DNA of 64,000 bases from positions 1 through 64,000 of the forward strand of contig CAZWEM010000005.1 of the NCBI GenBank assembly GCA_964632315.1, in the 5' to 3' direction. This DNA is from an uncultured archaeon. Its GTDB lineage: Archaea; Asgardarchaeota; Lokiarchaeia; Sigyniarchaeales; SOKP01. Of this stretch, positions 1 to 11,195 are shown one piece after another (within the stretch, counting starts at the first letter, position 1; the number at the start of each line of letters is the position of its first letter). The position numbers and the translations under genes are program-made. The notes below the pieces were generated by a model. The model searched no databases, was not told the DNA's origin, and saw only the letters and a list, made by a program, of their open reading frames with translations.

Positions 1-219
1 GGAAATGCAACAAAAATCATTTTTTGGGGGAAACATCGCTGTTAAAGCAGGCGGATCAATAACATCAAATTGACCACGATCTTTGATCTCTTCTCTCCAT
101 TTGGAAGCATCTTTTACAGTTGAATAAAATCCTACTTTTTCCAAGTAAATTTTTTCTGATGCTGCTATCTTGAGTGGTTCATTTGATAAAACAGCAGCAA
201 TAAAAAGGAATAATCCCAT
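1..219 (-). CDS. Hypothetical protein, 5' part (runs off window start)
   Basis: ATG at 219-217, open frame MGLFLFIAAVLSNEPLKIAASEKIYLEKVGFYSTVKDASKW... to the window edge; divergent from the 371 gene. Confidence 0.6.
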   Translation of the reverse strand, partial: MGLFLFIAAVLSNEPLKIAASEKIYLEKVGFYSTVKDASKWREEIKDRGQFDVIDPPALTAMFPPKNDFCCIS

Positions 220-370
220 AACGCGAATTTAGTTTATTTGTTTAAATAATAAAGTGAATGGACATAGAAAAATTTATAGGAGTACAATTAACATGAAGAA
301 TATAAGTTAACATCACACTTATATACAATTTATCCCTAATCGTATTTAGAAGATATCTTATACATGTTTT

Positions 371-1654
371 ATGGCTAATATTCCTTTAATTATCGTCATC
401 ACTGTCATATATGGTCTATTAATTGCAAATTATAGTATTCAAGATAAGAATTATGCTGCAGTCTCTTTACTTGGCTGTATTCTCGCTGTATTAATAACAG
501 TAATATTCTATCCATTAAACATGAATATTATAATTGGATACATCAATTTTCAAGCAATAATAATTTTAATTTCTTTAAGCATTATAGTGAGGATTGCCAG
601 AGAATCAAAAATTCTTGAATGGATTGCTTTCAAACTATTTAATATTTCGAAGGGAAATGTAAGACATTTCTTTTATTTTATATGCGTGATAACAACCTTG
701 CTATCATCCATAATTAGCGGAATTGTAGTAATCTTAGTTTTAGCGCCAATAGTAATTAGATTGTGTTATTATATTAAGATCCCTTCTGGAACTTTTCTTT
801 TGGGCATGACTTTATGCATTAATATAGGATCCTTATTATTTCCTTGGAAGAATATTATTATATCAACTCATTTTAACTTGGATCCCTTATTCTACTTTAA
901 ATATATATGGGGATACGCCTTCTTATCCCTATTTTTAACGATTTTTTTAATAGATTTTTTATGGCTTTCGAAAGAACCCGATGTGGAAGCGGAACAAAAG
1001 AAAATTGTATTGGAACTAATCGATACAGAAGTAATTATTGAGAATAAAAAGGTATTTTACTTCAATTCAATCTCTATACTTGTGATATTCTCGTTATTTA
1101 TTATTCTTCCCTCACTTTATCTCACTGCTGCTGTTTCCGCATTATTATTAATATTATTTAACAAAAAGAGAGAAAATGTAGCAGTCAGTTTAAAAAACAT
1201 TGAATGGGACTTTATCTTTTTTTTTGCCATTTCCTACATCATGGTTGGTCTACTTTCAGAAGCAGGATTAAAGGATCTAATACAGTTATTACCACTTCAC
1301 GTTTTTCCAGTTAATTTTTTGATCCTTGTCCTTACTTTATTGGTATTGATTGTAATAAGTTTTCTTCCAGATACACCTACAGCACTGATTTTCATTCCAT
1401 TCGTTGAAGTATTAATTTTAAATAATGGAACTTATTTCTTACCAATTATGATCTCATTTTTAGTAACATTTAATCTCGGAGGAAACTTTTTGCCTCAAGG
1501 ATCTTCATGTGATATGCTTACATTGCAACTCGCAAATGACCATCAAGTTATAAACTTGAATTTTAAGCGTTTATTAAAGGTAGGCGCTCTCATTACGACC
1601 TTGCATCTTTTAATCTTAATTTTATTTACAAACTTTTTAGTATATTTATTATAA
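371..1654 (+). CDS. SLC13/ArsB/NhaD-family (citrate/anion) permease
   Basis: 427 aa, about 11-12 hydrophobic segments; motifs INIGSLL and NLGGNFLPQGSSCD match the ion-transporter superfamily repeats. Confidence 0.75.
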   Translation: MANIPLIIVITVIYGLLIANYSIQDKNYAAVSLLGCILAVLITVIFYPLNMNIIIGYINFQAIIILISLSIIVRIARESKILEWIAFKLFNISKGNVRHFFYFICVITTLLSSIISGIVVILVLAPIVIRLCYYIKIPSGTFLLGMTLCINIGSLLFPWKNIIISTHFNLDPLFYFKYIWGYAFLSLFLTIFLIDFLWLSKEPDVEAEQKKIVLELIDTEVIIENKKVFYFNSISILVIFSLFIILPSLYLTAAVSALLLILFNKKRENVAVSLKNIEWDFIFFFAISYIMVGLLSEAGLKDLIQLLPLHVFPVNFLILVLTLLVLIVISFLPDTPTALIFIPFVEVLILNNGTYFLPIMISFLVTFNLGGNFLPQGSSCDMLTLQLANDHQVINLNFKRLLKVGALITTLHLLILILFTNFLVYLL

Positions 1655-1740
1655 AATCTAAAAGATATTTTAGATGGATGTTCTTGCATAAATTTGAAAA
1701 AATTAATATTTCTACTACGATAACTCATCATTGAATAGCC

Positions 1741-2742
1741 ATGGATGAATCTGAATTTAAAATATATTTAGAAGAGAATAAAATAGAAAATAATCTGATT
1801 ACAATTTATATTGATATACTTAAAGAATATGAAGCTTATTTGTTCACTTTAGGAGTCAATCTTGATACAAGTCTCCCTGAAAAAATTGTTGATTATTCTG
1901 AAAAATTGGTTTCTAAGGGTGAAAGTTCTGTTTTAAACTTCCTTAGAGTTATAATACATTACGCCAACTATTCCAAGAGGTATGAATACATTACTAAAGT
2001 AATAGATGTCTCAGAATCATATAATGCAATGAATAATTTATATTCAAGAGTTGCTGAGATACATGGCGATTCAATTAGAAATGAAATTTTTAGCGATTTA
2101 GTTATACCACCACTTGGTATTCATCCCGAAAAAAAACCAGATTTTACAAAGAAAATTTTAAAAAGACTTGAAAAAAAGATCGGAAAAAATAAAACCATTG
2201 AGCTGCTTTCACCTTGTCTTCATGGGAGACCCCCTGATGATATTGAGGGTGATAAAAAGATCCTTACCGAGTTAGGAATAGATAGATTCTTAAAGAAAAA
2301 GCATCAAGATTTAGTGACGAGACTTGAAAGGCATAGAGATGAAGGAACATTAGAGTTTGCCCAAAGAATTGACGATGAGATTGTAAATTACGTTAAAGAA
2401 CATCCAATTATAGCACATGGAGTAAGAAAAAAGAACAGAATATATGTATCAAAACTTCCTTATCAAATGAGGAAATTCCTTGATGCAAAAAACGACCAAA
2501 TGAAGCGATTTTTTCTTTGTTACTGCCCATGGGTAAGAGGAGCGATTAAGAATGCGACAGAAAATGAAATTTCAGAATATTTCTGCCATTGCAGTGCGGG
2601 ATGGTATAAACTTTACTGGGATCAAATTTTTGATCACCCAGTAAAAGTAGAACCTGTAGTAACTGGATTGAGTGGAGCTCTTGAGTGTAAATTTGCAATA
2701 ACCATACCTGAAAATATATTAAAGACGATTATACGAAAATGA
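1741..2742 (+). CDS. Cys-rich hypothetical protein with C-terminal V4R/DUF6144-like domain
   Basis: CYCPW...FCHCSAGWYK...G..ECKFAI pattern of V4R-like small-molecule-binding domains. Confidence 0.55.
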   Translation: MDESEFKIYLEENKIENNLITIYIDILKEYEAYLFTLGVNLDTSLPEKIVDYSEKLVSKGESSVLNFLRVIIHYANYSKRYEYITKVIDVSESYNAMNNLYSRVAEIHGDSIRNEIFSDLVIPPLGIHPEKKPDFTKKILKRLEKKIGKNKTIELLSPCLHGRPPDDIEGDKKILTELGIDRFLKKKHQDLVTRLERHRDEGTLEFAQRIDDEIVNYVKEHPIIAHGVRKKNRIYVSKLPYQMRKFLDAKNDQMKRFFLCYCPWVRGAIKNATENEISEYFCHCSAGWYKLYWDQIFDHPVKVEPVVTGLSGALECKFAITIPENILKTIIRK

Positions 2743-3320
2743 TAACCAAAACTTCAACTATTTATTTTTTTATGAGTGTATTTTTTACAATTGGAGCATT
2801 TTTCTTATCTTCGTTGACAAGGTTGGAATTACAAGCTTACTTACTCTGGAAATCTGTGGATTATACTCTGTTTTCAGGATACGTTGATTTTACTCTTTTC
2901 TTTTTTATACATAACTTTATAGGAGCATTCATATTTTTACTAGGATTTTATCAATGTCTTAAAATTGTAAAAATTAATAACCAAGTTCATAATGGAAAAA
3001 ATAAACCCAATTTATTACTCAAAGAAGGATATTATGCTGTTGTTAGACATCCCATGACTGCTAGATTTTTATTTATTTTTTTCGCATTTCTATTCATAAT
3101 GGGATCTTTATTTTCATTATTGATTTACATTCTTTTTCAGGTAATTTTCTTATTTTTAACCATATATGAGGAGAAAAAGATTATATATCCTATTTTTGGT
3201 GAAGAATATACTGCTTACAAGAAAAAAGTCAAACATCGTTTCTTCAATCGAAATTCTGTAAAGGTATTATCCTTACTGATTCTTTTTATGATGATTGGCA
3301 GTTTCTTTACTTTTTTCTAA
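2739..3320 (+). CDS. Isoprenylcysteine carboxyl methyltransferase / PEMT family membrane protein
   Basis: GYYAVVRHPM and EEK...FGEEY..YKKKV motifs; multiple TM segments; ATGA overlap with upstream gene. Confidence 0.85.
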   Translation: MITKTSTIYFFMSVFFTIGAFFLSSLTRLELQAYLLWKSVDYTLFSGYVDFTLFFFIHNFIGAFIFLLGFYQCLKIVKINNQVHNGKNKPNLLLKEGYYAVVRHPMTARFLFIFFAFLFIMGSLFSLLIYILFQVIFLFLTIYEEKKIIYPIFGEEYTAYKKKVKHRFFNRNSVKVLSLLILFMMIGSFFTFF

Positions 3321-4247
3321 TATGAATTTTAATTGATTTTGATTTCTTTTTATACCCTTGAATTGATTAACTTGAAATGGAATTATTTTCAATAAGGGAA
3401 GTTCTTTGGATAAAAATAGTGAAATACCTCTCACCTCAATATCATTAAGATACAAATGAAATGGTTCTAATTTAAAAATACCAAACTGACCAGAAATGTT
3501 CTCTAAAATACCTAATTTAGTATCTCCAAGAAAAACGGGTAATTTTTGCATCAATTCATCCATTTTATTCGAAATCGCTATTCCATGCTTATAATGAGGG
3601 ATTCCTCCATCAAGTATACAATTGAAACTATTATTAACGTTTCCTTTTACTCCAGAAAAATTTTGAAAATCCATATAATATATCTTAGGAAATCGTACGA
3701 GTAAGAATTCGGGAAAATAAGCTATTACACTTATAGGAATTGATTCTCCAGCATAAATTTCAGTCCGATCATCAATATCATTAAATAATAAATTAAATTC
3801 TTTTCCACCTGTGGCACGAATGGCATTATTCTCAGATCGAATCTCAAGATGTAAATGAGGACTCGACCAATAAGCAAAATAGCCGTTCCTTATTGTTTCT
3901 CCTAATAGCTCCCCTTGTTTTATTTTGTCTCCTACTCTAACAAATGGTTTTACGTGTAATATTTTATATATAATTGTTTGATTTTTCGGATTACGCACGA
4001 GAGTAAGGTAATCTTTTGCGATTCCATTTGAAAATTTAGCTTTGGGTGCAATTAATTCTTTTATTTTTATAACTTCACCAGAAATAGGGCTAATAGTTTG
4101 ATAATTTTCCAATTCAAGATGCTGATATATATCTATTGCTAAGGCATGTTGATGAGCATAATACGGGGAAGTCCCGACAGTAAAGTGACTATTTCCACAG
4201 AATACAACATTTAGATCCTCAGTTTGAATGAGACCATGTAATTTCAT
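3273..4247 (-). CDS. M23/LytM-like metallopeptidase-domain protein
   Basis: HALAID, SPISGEV, LHVKP.VRVGDKIKQGELLG and SSPHLHLEIR motifs. Confidence 0.65.
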   Translation of the reverse strand: MKLHGLIQTEDLNVVFCGNSHFTVGTSPYYAHQHALAIDIYQHLELENYQTISPISGEVIKIKELIAPKAKFSNGIAKDYLTLVRNPKNQTIIYKILHVKPFVRVGDKIKQGELLGETIRNGYFAYWSSPHLHLEIRSENNAIRATGGKEFNLLFNDIDDRTEIYAGESIPISVIAYFPEFLLVRFPKIYYMDFQNFSGVKGNVNNSFNCILDGGIPHYKHGIAISNKMDELMQKLPVFLGDTKLGILENISGQFGIFKLEPFHLYLNDIEVRGISLFLSKELPLLKIIPFQVNQFKGIKRNQNQLKFILEKSKETANHHKKNQ

Positions 4248-4360
4248 GATAAATATCCGAATTCAAAAATAACTTAATTTGAGGGATAATATAAAATAAT
4301 TAGTTATTTCATTAATTCAAGTTTTCTAAAATAAATGACAAATTGTTGAGGTCATGCAAA

Positions 4361-5869
4361 TTGGTTAAAATTTTTATTGATGTTATTGAGGGAATGAAGA
4401 ATAAAAGAATTATTAGCAAACATATTTATGGTCATTTCTCCGAACATCTAGGACGTTGTATTTATGATGGTTTCTGGGTTGGCGAGAATTCCAAAATTCC
4501 TAATACACGCGGAATAAGAGATGATATTGTAAGAGCATTGAAAAAAATCAGTATACCAAATTTACGTTGGCCGGGGGGATGTTTTGCTGATGAATATCAT
4601 TGGAAAGATGGCATTGGTCCCAAAGATAAACGTCCAAAAACTATAAATACTCATTGGGGAGGAGTAATAGAAAATAATGAGTTTGGAACTCATGAGTTTT
4701 TTGACCTTTGTGAACAATTAAATTGCGAGCCATATATCTCTGGAAATGTAGGAAGTGGAACTGTAAGAGAGATGGCAGAATGGATTGAATATATCACTTA
4801 TGAGGGAGAAAGTACACTCAGTTCCCTTCGTAGAAGTAATGGTAAGACTATTCCGTGGAAAATTAAGTATTGGGGAGTTGGAAATGAAAATTGGGGATGT
4901 GGAGGAAATATGACTGCAAAACATTATGCTGATTTGTTTTGTAATTATTCAACTTATTGTAAAAATCTTTCTGGTAATAAGTTATATAAAATAGCTTGTG
5001 GACCTGTAGGAGAATATCCTTTAGAGTGGGTTTTGAATTGGATAGAAGTGATATTAGATCGAATTAAACTTTCTTATGATAAATTACTGGATGGAATTTC
5101 ACTCCATTATTACACTAGAGCAGGATTTGGAGCTTCCGCTACTAAATTTAATGAGAAGAAATGGTTTTTGACTATGCAAAAAGCGCTATACATGGAAACG
5201 CTAATAACAGAAATAAGCAAGATGATGGAAAAGTATGATCCTTCTAATAAATATGGTTTAATTATCGATGAATGGGGGACTTGGTGGCGTGTGGAAAAAG
5301 ATACCAATCCAAGTTTTCTTTACCAACAAAATACTATGCGAGATGCTCTAGTAGCATCCTTACACTTAGATATTTTTAATAATCATTGTGAACGTGTCCA
5401 TATGGCTAATATAGCTCAGACACTAAATGTCTTGCAAGCATTAATTTTGACTAAAGAAGATAAAATGATAGTGACTCCAACCTATCACGTTTTTGATATG
5501 TACAAAGTACATCAAGGAGCATATTTATTACCGATAAATATCATATCTAATGAATATACCTTTAAAAAAGAAAATATAGCTGCAATACATGGATCAGTAT
5601 CTAAAGATGAGGAGGGCAATGTAAATGTCTCCTTATCTAACATTGATCCTAATAATTCAGTCGATATTAAAATGGAATTAAATGGACAAACATTTGATGA
5701 AGTAAATGCTCAAATATTACGTGGAAATGAGGTGAATTCCTATAATGATTTTGACTCTCCTGAAAATGTGAATCCAAAAAATTTTCACATAACAAATTTT
5801 CAAAGTGAAAAAAATCAGATCTCCTTTACGATGCCTTCAATGAGTATAATGGTCATTAATATTTCTTGA
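4361..5869 (+). CDS. abfA: Alpha-L-arabinofuranosidase, GH51
   Basis: [29 protein letters not shown](NWG), DEWGTW, MANIAQ motifs; TTG at 4361 after SD-like GAGGT. Confidence 0.93.
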   Translation: MVKIFIDVIEGMKNKRIISKHIYGHFSEHLGRCIYDGFWVGENSKIPNTRGIRDDIVRALKKISIPNLRWPGGCFADEYHWKDGIGPKDKRPKTINTHWGGVIENNEFGTHEFFDLCEQLNCEPYISGNVGSGTVREMAEWIEYITYEGESTLSSLRRSNGKTIPWKIKYWGVGNENWGCGGNMTAKHYADLFCNYSTYCKNLSGNKLYKIACGPVGEYPLEWVLNWIEVILDRIKLSYDKLLDGISLHYYTRAGFGASATKFNEKKWFLTMQKALYMETLITEISKMMEKYDPSNKYGLIIDEWGTWWRVEKDTNPSFLYQQNTMRDALVASLHLDIFNNHCERVHMANIAQTLNVLQALILTKEDKMIVTPTYHVFDMYKVHQGAYLLPINIISNEYTFKKENIAAIHGSVSKDEEGNVNVSLSNIDPNNSVDIKMELNGQTFDEVNAQILRGNEVNSYNDFDSPENVNPKNFHITNFQSEKNQISFTMPSMSIMVINIS

Positions 5870-5941
5870 ACCATTAATCAAATTTCTTTTATTATTTAGT
5901 TCATTTGAAATTCTATCAAATATGTGAAATGTGAAAAAAAA

Positions 5942-6430
5942 ATGGAAAATAAAGTTCTTATTATGTTTTATTCATTAACTGGCAACACAAAGATGATTGC
6001 AGAAACAATAAAAAGTGTTATTAGTGCAGATATTCAAGAAGTTAAACCCGTGAAAGAATTAAATCCAGAAAGTGGATCGAGATTTATGTTGGGGGGAATG
6101 CAAGCATCATTAAGGTTTAAACCCAAATTAAAGCCAATAAATATAAATCCACTTAATTACGATCTGATTTTTATTGGCACTCCAGTTTGGGCGTGGCAAG
6201 TATCTCCTCCAATAAGGAGTTTATCGAAAATGTTCGATTTCTCTAATAAAAAGATAGCAGTATGGTGTTGCTGCGGAGGAAAAGGTATCAAGGCGATGAA
6301 GCGAATTAAGAAGTTGTTTCGGAATTCTAATATAATAGGAGACAAAATTTTTCAAGAACCTCTTAGTGTAAACACAGAAGAGGCAAAAAAAGTTGCTTCA
6401 GAATGGGCAAACGAGATATTTAATGATTAA
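5942..6430 (+). CDS. Flavodoxin-like protein
   Basis: FYSLTGNT FMN-binding loop, YDLIFIGTPVW. Confidence 0.88.
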   Translation: MENKVLIMFYSLTGNTKMIAETIKSVISADIQEVKPVKELNPESGSRFMLGGMQASLRFKPKLKPININPLNYDLIFIGTPVWAWQVSPPIRSLSKMFDFSNKKIAVWCCCGGKGIKAMKRIKKLFRNSNIIGDKIFQEPLSVNTEEAKKVASEWANEIFND

Positions 6431-6612
6431 TTGAGCATATTTTTCTCAAAAATTACTAAAACTTTATTACATTAAGAGTATTATCTTTTATAGTTCTTAT
6501 TTTTGCTAAAAATAATCTTTTTATAAGACTTTTTTTCAAAAAATTGAACTCTTGCTCAATCCTAAATGAGATTGAGTGTAAATAAATAAAAATAAATTTA
6601 AGTGTAAGTAAT

Positions 6613-6876
6613 TTGAAAGGAACTGTAAAGTGGTTCAACTCTAGAAAGGGCTACGGTTTCATTAGCTCTGAAGAAGGAAATGATGTTTTCGTCCATTACA
6701 CCGCATTAGCGGGAGATGATGATGAATACAAAACCTTGAACGAAAATGATAAAGTCGAATTTGATGTTGTGGAAGGCCAAAAGGGCCCCCAGGCTTCAAA
6801 TGTAGTAGTAACTGAAAAAGCTCCTCAACAATTTGGTTCATATAATCGAGGAGGAAGTCGTGGTTTTAGGTATTAA
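6613..6876 (+). CDS. csp: Cold-shock domain protein with Gly/Arg-rich C-terminal tail
   Basis: [11 protein letters not shown]1 KGYGFI, RNP2 VFVHY; TTG start. Confidence 0.95.
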   Translation: MKGTVKWFNSRKGYGFISSEEGNDVFVHYTALAGDDDEYKTLNENDKVEFDVVEGQKGPQASNVVVTEKAPQQFGSYNRGGSRGFRY

Positions 6877-7130
6877 AATATTAAATCCTTTAAAATATAG
6901 TAATTAATATAAGAAATAGTAATAATTAGTAAAGAAAGTAAATTTGCAATTGTTATCGAATCTTATCTTTTTTTTTTATATTCTTATTTATAACAAGTTT
7001 TATTTCTATGTCGAATTCTGGTAATAAATTTGATTCTTTAGTCTATAATTATTTTTTAAAAAAATGAAAATAGAATATAAAGCTCAATTTTAAATATAAA
7101 TTCACTATTATTCGGTAAAATAAAACCAAA

Positions 7131-8267
7131 ATGAATCTCATGGATTCAAATACGAAATATGCCCCCTCAAAAAGATCTAGTTCTCAGACAATTAAACGAC
7201 AAAAAGAATTGTTTGAAAATAATCAAATGCTCGATGGGTTTTTAACAAAAATTCCAGCGATCTTTTTAGTTATTAATGAAGATCGGCAGATTATCTATAT
7301 CAATAATGGAGCATTAGAGTTTACAGGTTTGGAAAATGTTGCTCCAGCAATAGGAAAACGTCCAGGAGAATTAATTGGATGTATACATTCTAAAGAAGAA
7401 GTGGGAGGGTGTGGTACTGCTGAAGCGTGTACTTATTGTGGTGCGGTAAATGCGGTATTGGAATGTCAAAAAACAGGAAAAAAGACAGTAATGGACTGTC
7501 GGATTATAGTTGGAACAGACCATACCGCTTTTGACTTGCGTATATGGGCTTCACCCTTGATAATCAAGAATGAAAAATTCATAGTGATCACAATTCAAGA
7601 CATTCAAAATGAAAAATGGCGTGGTTTCTTGGAAAGGATATTTTTTCATGATCTGCTCAATATTTTAACTCCTCTTATGGGAAATATCGAATTACTGAAA
7701 TCTAAGGAGGACAATACAACTGATAAATTAATTGATAATATTGATAAAATTGCAAATTATATAGTTGAAGAAATCCAAACTCAACAGATAATCATTAATG
7801 CTGAGAATGATTCTTTAATAGTCAAACCGATAGAAAAAAATTCTAAAGAAATACTGGAGGAAATGAAAAGCTTGTTTCAAAACAACAACTTAGTTAAAGA
7901 AAGTAATATTGAAATTGAGTCTAATTCAGATTTTATAGATTTAAGCACAGATATAATAATTTTAAGAAGGATATTAGGAAATATGATAAAAAATGGACTT
8001 GAAGCAAGTCCAAACAACGGAAAAATTACGATTGGATGTTCTGAAAAAGATGATAAAGTTGAATTTTGGGTGCATAATCTAGGATATATCCCAAAAGAGA
8101 TTCAATTACAAATCTTTACCCGTTCTTTTTCAACTAAGGGAAATGGAAGGGGATTGGGAACATATAGCATGAAGTTATTAAGTAAATTTTTAAGGGGGGA
8201 TGTATCTTTTTCAAGCTCTAATGAGAGAGGAACCACTTTTGTTGTTAAGATTCCTACTTTCTACTAA
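7131..8267 (+). CDS. PAS-domain sensor histidine kinase
   Basis: H-box FFHDLLN, N-box NMIKNGLEAS, F/G2 box FSTKGNGRGLGTY; N-terminal PAS with Cys cluster. Confidence 0.9.
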   Translation: MNLMDSNTKYAPSKRSSSQTIKRQKELFENNQMLDGFLTKIPAIFLVINEDRQIIYINNGALEFTGLENVAPAIGKRPGELIGCIHSKEEVGGCGTAEACTYCGAVNAVLECQKTGKKTVMDCRIIVGTDHTAFDLRIWASPLIIKNEKFIVITIQDIQNEKWRGFLERIFFHDLLNILTPLMGNIELLKSKEDNTTDKLIDNIDKIANYIVEEIQTQQIIINAENDSLIVKPIEKNSKEILEEMKSLFQNNNLVKESNIEIESNSDFIDLSTDIIILRRILGNMIKNGLEASPNNGKITIGCSEKDDKVEFWVHNLGYIPKEIQLQIFTRSFSTKGNGRGLGTYSMKLLSKFLRGDVSFSSSNERGTTFVVKIPTFY

Positions 8268-8433
8268 TTCTTTGAGGATTATTACTTGAGTGTTTAAGCT
8301 TATTCATAAAAAGATCCGATTCAAAGTCTCTAATAATTTGATATTATGAATAAAGTTAAACGAAAGAAAAATATTAAAGTAAGCCCAAGTAATAATACAC
8401 TTATCCAACAAAATTTAAATCAAGTTGAAAAAA

Positions 8434-9183
8434 ATGTCTTCGAATATTAATATGGATTTTTATGAATTCGGAAAAAAGATGAAAATCGTAGCAATCATGG
8501 TAATTCTGATGATTATTCCATATGCTGGGAATTTTTTAATGCTAATAGGCTGGATATTTGCGATAATGGCACTCCAAAACATTCAAAACGCAAATTTCAA
8601 CTTAAAAAATACTGATTTAGAAGATTTCCGATCAAAATATTACACAGCCCTAATTTTATATATAATATCCAGTGTTGCGGGGATAATTGGAATGTTCTTT
8701 CCCATAAATTTTCTTGCGTTTATATATACAATGAATTTTACGAGCTTAATCCCTTCATTAGCTATAGGTGGAATAACATTAATATTAAATTTTATCGGAG
8801 CAATTATAGAATATAGTGCCTGGGGGAAATTAGAATTTTTCTTCACTCAAAACCGTAACATTTTTCCACCATATCTAGCTAATGAAGCTTCAGATGGGGC
8901 TCATAATCTTAAAAATGGAGCATTAATGTACATTCTCTTCTTTTTGATCGTTACTATACTAATCGGATGGATCTTTCGTATAATTGGATATTTCAAAATT
9001 GCAAAATTAGAACAAATCATGTCACATCCAGGAGTTGTTTCACAACCACAACCAACGATGACTACTACACCAACACCACCCTCATCGCCTAGTGGAACAG
9101 ATAAGAAATACTGTCCAAATTGTGGAGCAGCTATCAAGGGTGCAGGAAAATTCTGTGGAGAATGTGGTTCACCATTGGATTAA
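8434..9183 (+). CDS. Membrane protein with C-terminal zinc ribbon
   Basis: Several TM segments, Pro/Thr linker, KYCPNCG...KFCGECG. Confidence 0.75.
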   Translation: MSSNINMDFYEFGKKMKIVAIMVILMIIPYAGNFLMLIGWIFAIMALQNIQNANFNLKNTDLEDFRSKYYTALILYIISSVAGIIGMFFPINFLAFIYTMNFTSLIPSLAIGGITLILNFIGAIIEYSAWGKLEFFFTQNRNIFPPYLANEASDGAHNLKNGALMYILFFLIVTILIGWIFRIIGYFKIAKLEQIMSHPGVVSQPQPTMTTTPTPPSSPSGTDKKYCPNCGAAIKGAGKFCGECGSPLD

Positions 9184-9250
9184 TCTCTATTAACTTATTT
9201 TTTTATTTTCATAATTTTATGACATATACGAGTTAAATCTTCCATTTAGA

Positions 9251-10741
9251 GTGTCTCTAATGAATAATACAAGTTCCTACGTTTCAATAAATTTGGATAA
9301 AATCATAGGAAAAGTAAGTCCTTATTTATTTGGACATTTTATTGAGCATTTTCCCAGACAAATCTATGGTGGCATATTCGATGAAGGCTCTCCCTTTTCA
9401 GATTCAATGGGATTTCGCTTAGATGTGATAAAGGCTCTAAAAGAGATCAAACCAAGCTTAATAAGATGGCCAGGAGGAAATTATACTAGTGGTTATCACT
9501 GGAAATGGGGGGCTGGTCCAATTGATCTCAGAAAGTTCTGTAAAAATCCACACTGGAATGAATATGAAAATCATCATTTTGGAACTACCGAATTTTTTGA
9601 ATTTTGTAAACGAATTGAAGCGGAACCTCTAATCTGTGTTGGTATTGGTCGAGATGAAAGAAATCCAACTCCTAAAGAAGCAGCTAACTGGGTTAAGTAT
9701 TGCAATTCTTTAGATTGCCCAGAAGCAGATTTAAGATCTCAAGCGGGATATCCTAAGCCTCTAAACATTAAATGGTGGGGTTTAGGAAACGAATGTTGGG
9801 GAGAATGGCAGATTGGTTATTATAAAAGTGCGATTGAATATGGGAAGGATGTGTTGGAATTCATGAAAAAAATGCTTGAAGTAGATGAGTCATTGCATTT
9901 TGTCCTCGTAGGGGGAGATAGACACTTCAATAGAAAATGGAACGAGGATTTATTATCAATTGAGGAAATTGCCCATACTATCGATGTATTGTCTTGGCAT
10001 CACTACTTTCAAATAGGTGATGTCGAAAGGGTATCCCACCTTAAAGCTACATTAGATTTAAGAAAAGTTGAACGAAGATTAGATAGGATTATAAAATTAA
10101 TCCAACAAACTTGTCAACGTATAGGACGCGAAAAGCATATTAAAATAGCCGTGGATGAATGGAACGAATTTGGATGGGAGGAGGTCAATATTGAAAAAAA
10201 TGCAGATCCATCACAATATGATTTAGCTCATGCCTTATACACTGCTGGTTTTTTGAATCTATTGATTAGAAGATCTAATTATATAAATATGGCTAATTAC
10301 TCACCAATGGTCAATACTCGTGGATTGATCTATGCAAATGGCAAGGGAGTACTTTTAAGAACATCATTTCATGTTTTTAAGATATATTGTAAGTGCTCTG
10401 GAGGTTTCTCATTAGATATTCAAGTTAATTCCCCAAATCTTAAGGATACTAATGCCTTAATTCTTGATGTATCATCAATTAGAATGAATGATGATTTAAT
10501 TTATGTATATGTGATTAATCGAGATGATGAGAATGATGCCATGACTAAGTTTGAGATCCCAGGATTCTCTGTAAAAAAGGGGAATGCTTTAATACTCACA
10601 GCTAATGATTTAAGATCTTTTAATGATTTTAAAAGTCAAGATTCGATAATTTCGAGAGATTATGAGATCGACGCGTATGGGGAGACTTTTGACTTAACAA
10701 TTCCAAGACAGTCAATCTGCCTAATTGAATTAGATAAATAG
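9251..10741 (+). CDS. Alpha-L-arabinofuranosidase, GH51 (second, divergent copy)
   Basis: FGHFIEH, IRWPGGN, WWGLGNE, AVDEWN, MANYS motifs. Confidence 0.9.
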   Translation: MSLMNNTSSYVSINLDKIIGKVSPYLFGHFIEHFPRQIYGGIFDEGSPFSDSMGFRLDVIKALKEIKPSLIRWPGGNYTSGYHWKWGAGPIDLRKFCKNPHWNEYENHHFGTTEFFEFCKRIEAEPLICVGIGRDERNPTPKEAANWVKYCNSLDCPEADLRSQAGYPKPLNIKWWGLGNECWGEWQIGYYKSAIEYGKDVLEFMKKMLEVDESLHFVLVGGDRHFNRKWNEDLLSIEEIAHTIDVLSWHHYFQIGDVERVSHLKATLDLRKVERRLDRIIKLIQQTCQRIGREKHIKIAVDEWNEFGWEEVNIEKNADPSQYDLAHALYTAGFLNLLIRRSNYINMANYSPMVNTRGLIYANGKGVLLRTSFHVFKIYCKCSGGFSLDIQVNSPNLKDTNALILDVSSIRMNDDLIYVYVINRDDENDAMTKFEIPGFSVKKGNALILTANDLRSFNDFKSQDSIISRDYEIDAYGETFDLTIPRQSICLIELDK

Positions 10742-10802
10742 GTGAATTAAATCCTAAAAACAAATTACTATAAAATTTTAGTATAATTTAATAAAAAAAT
10801 AA

Positions 10803-11195
10803 TCATATTAGGGGTATGTTGTTTAGATCAAGAGCTTCAGGAAGTCTGTTTTTTCTTTTCAACCATCTAATTTCGTGTTTTAGATAGCGCCAGGAGATTT
10901 CACATTTTTCATTTTGACCTTCAACACTTGTTTCAAAATCCCAAGGATTGACGATTACTAAATCTCCTTTCCTTATCCAGACTCTTTTTTTAATTTTTCC
11001 TCTTATCCTACCGATTCGCATTTCACCATCTTCACAGTATACGCCCATTCGATCTTGTCCATAAATTTCCACGATTCTTCCAAACATTTCTCCATTTTTT
11101 CTATAAGGCATTTTTACACGAGTCACTACTGGAGCTTCAGTTGGACCATAAGTCCTGCGTCCTTTTTTATAATCTCTTTTTTTCATTTTTGGCAT
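10803..11195 (-). CDS. eif1a: Translation initiation factor aIF-1A
   Basis: CEDGEMRIGRIRGKIKKRVWIRKGDLVIVNPWD, the archaeal/eukaryal IF1A signature. Confidence 0.95.
   Translation of the reverse strand: MPKMKKRDYKKGRRTYGPTEAPVVTRVKMPYRKNGEMFGRIVEIYGQDRMGVYCEDGEMRIGRIRGKIKKRVWIRKGDLVIVNPWDFETSVEGQNEKCEISWRYLKHEIRWLKRKNRLPEALDLNNIPLI

Noticed and set aside
1-219. Faint Ykt6/longin-like look of the partial ORF
   Set aside because: Truncated by the window edge and similarity too weak
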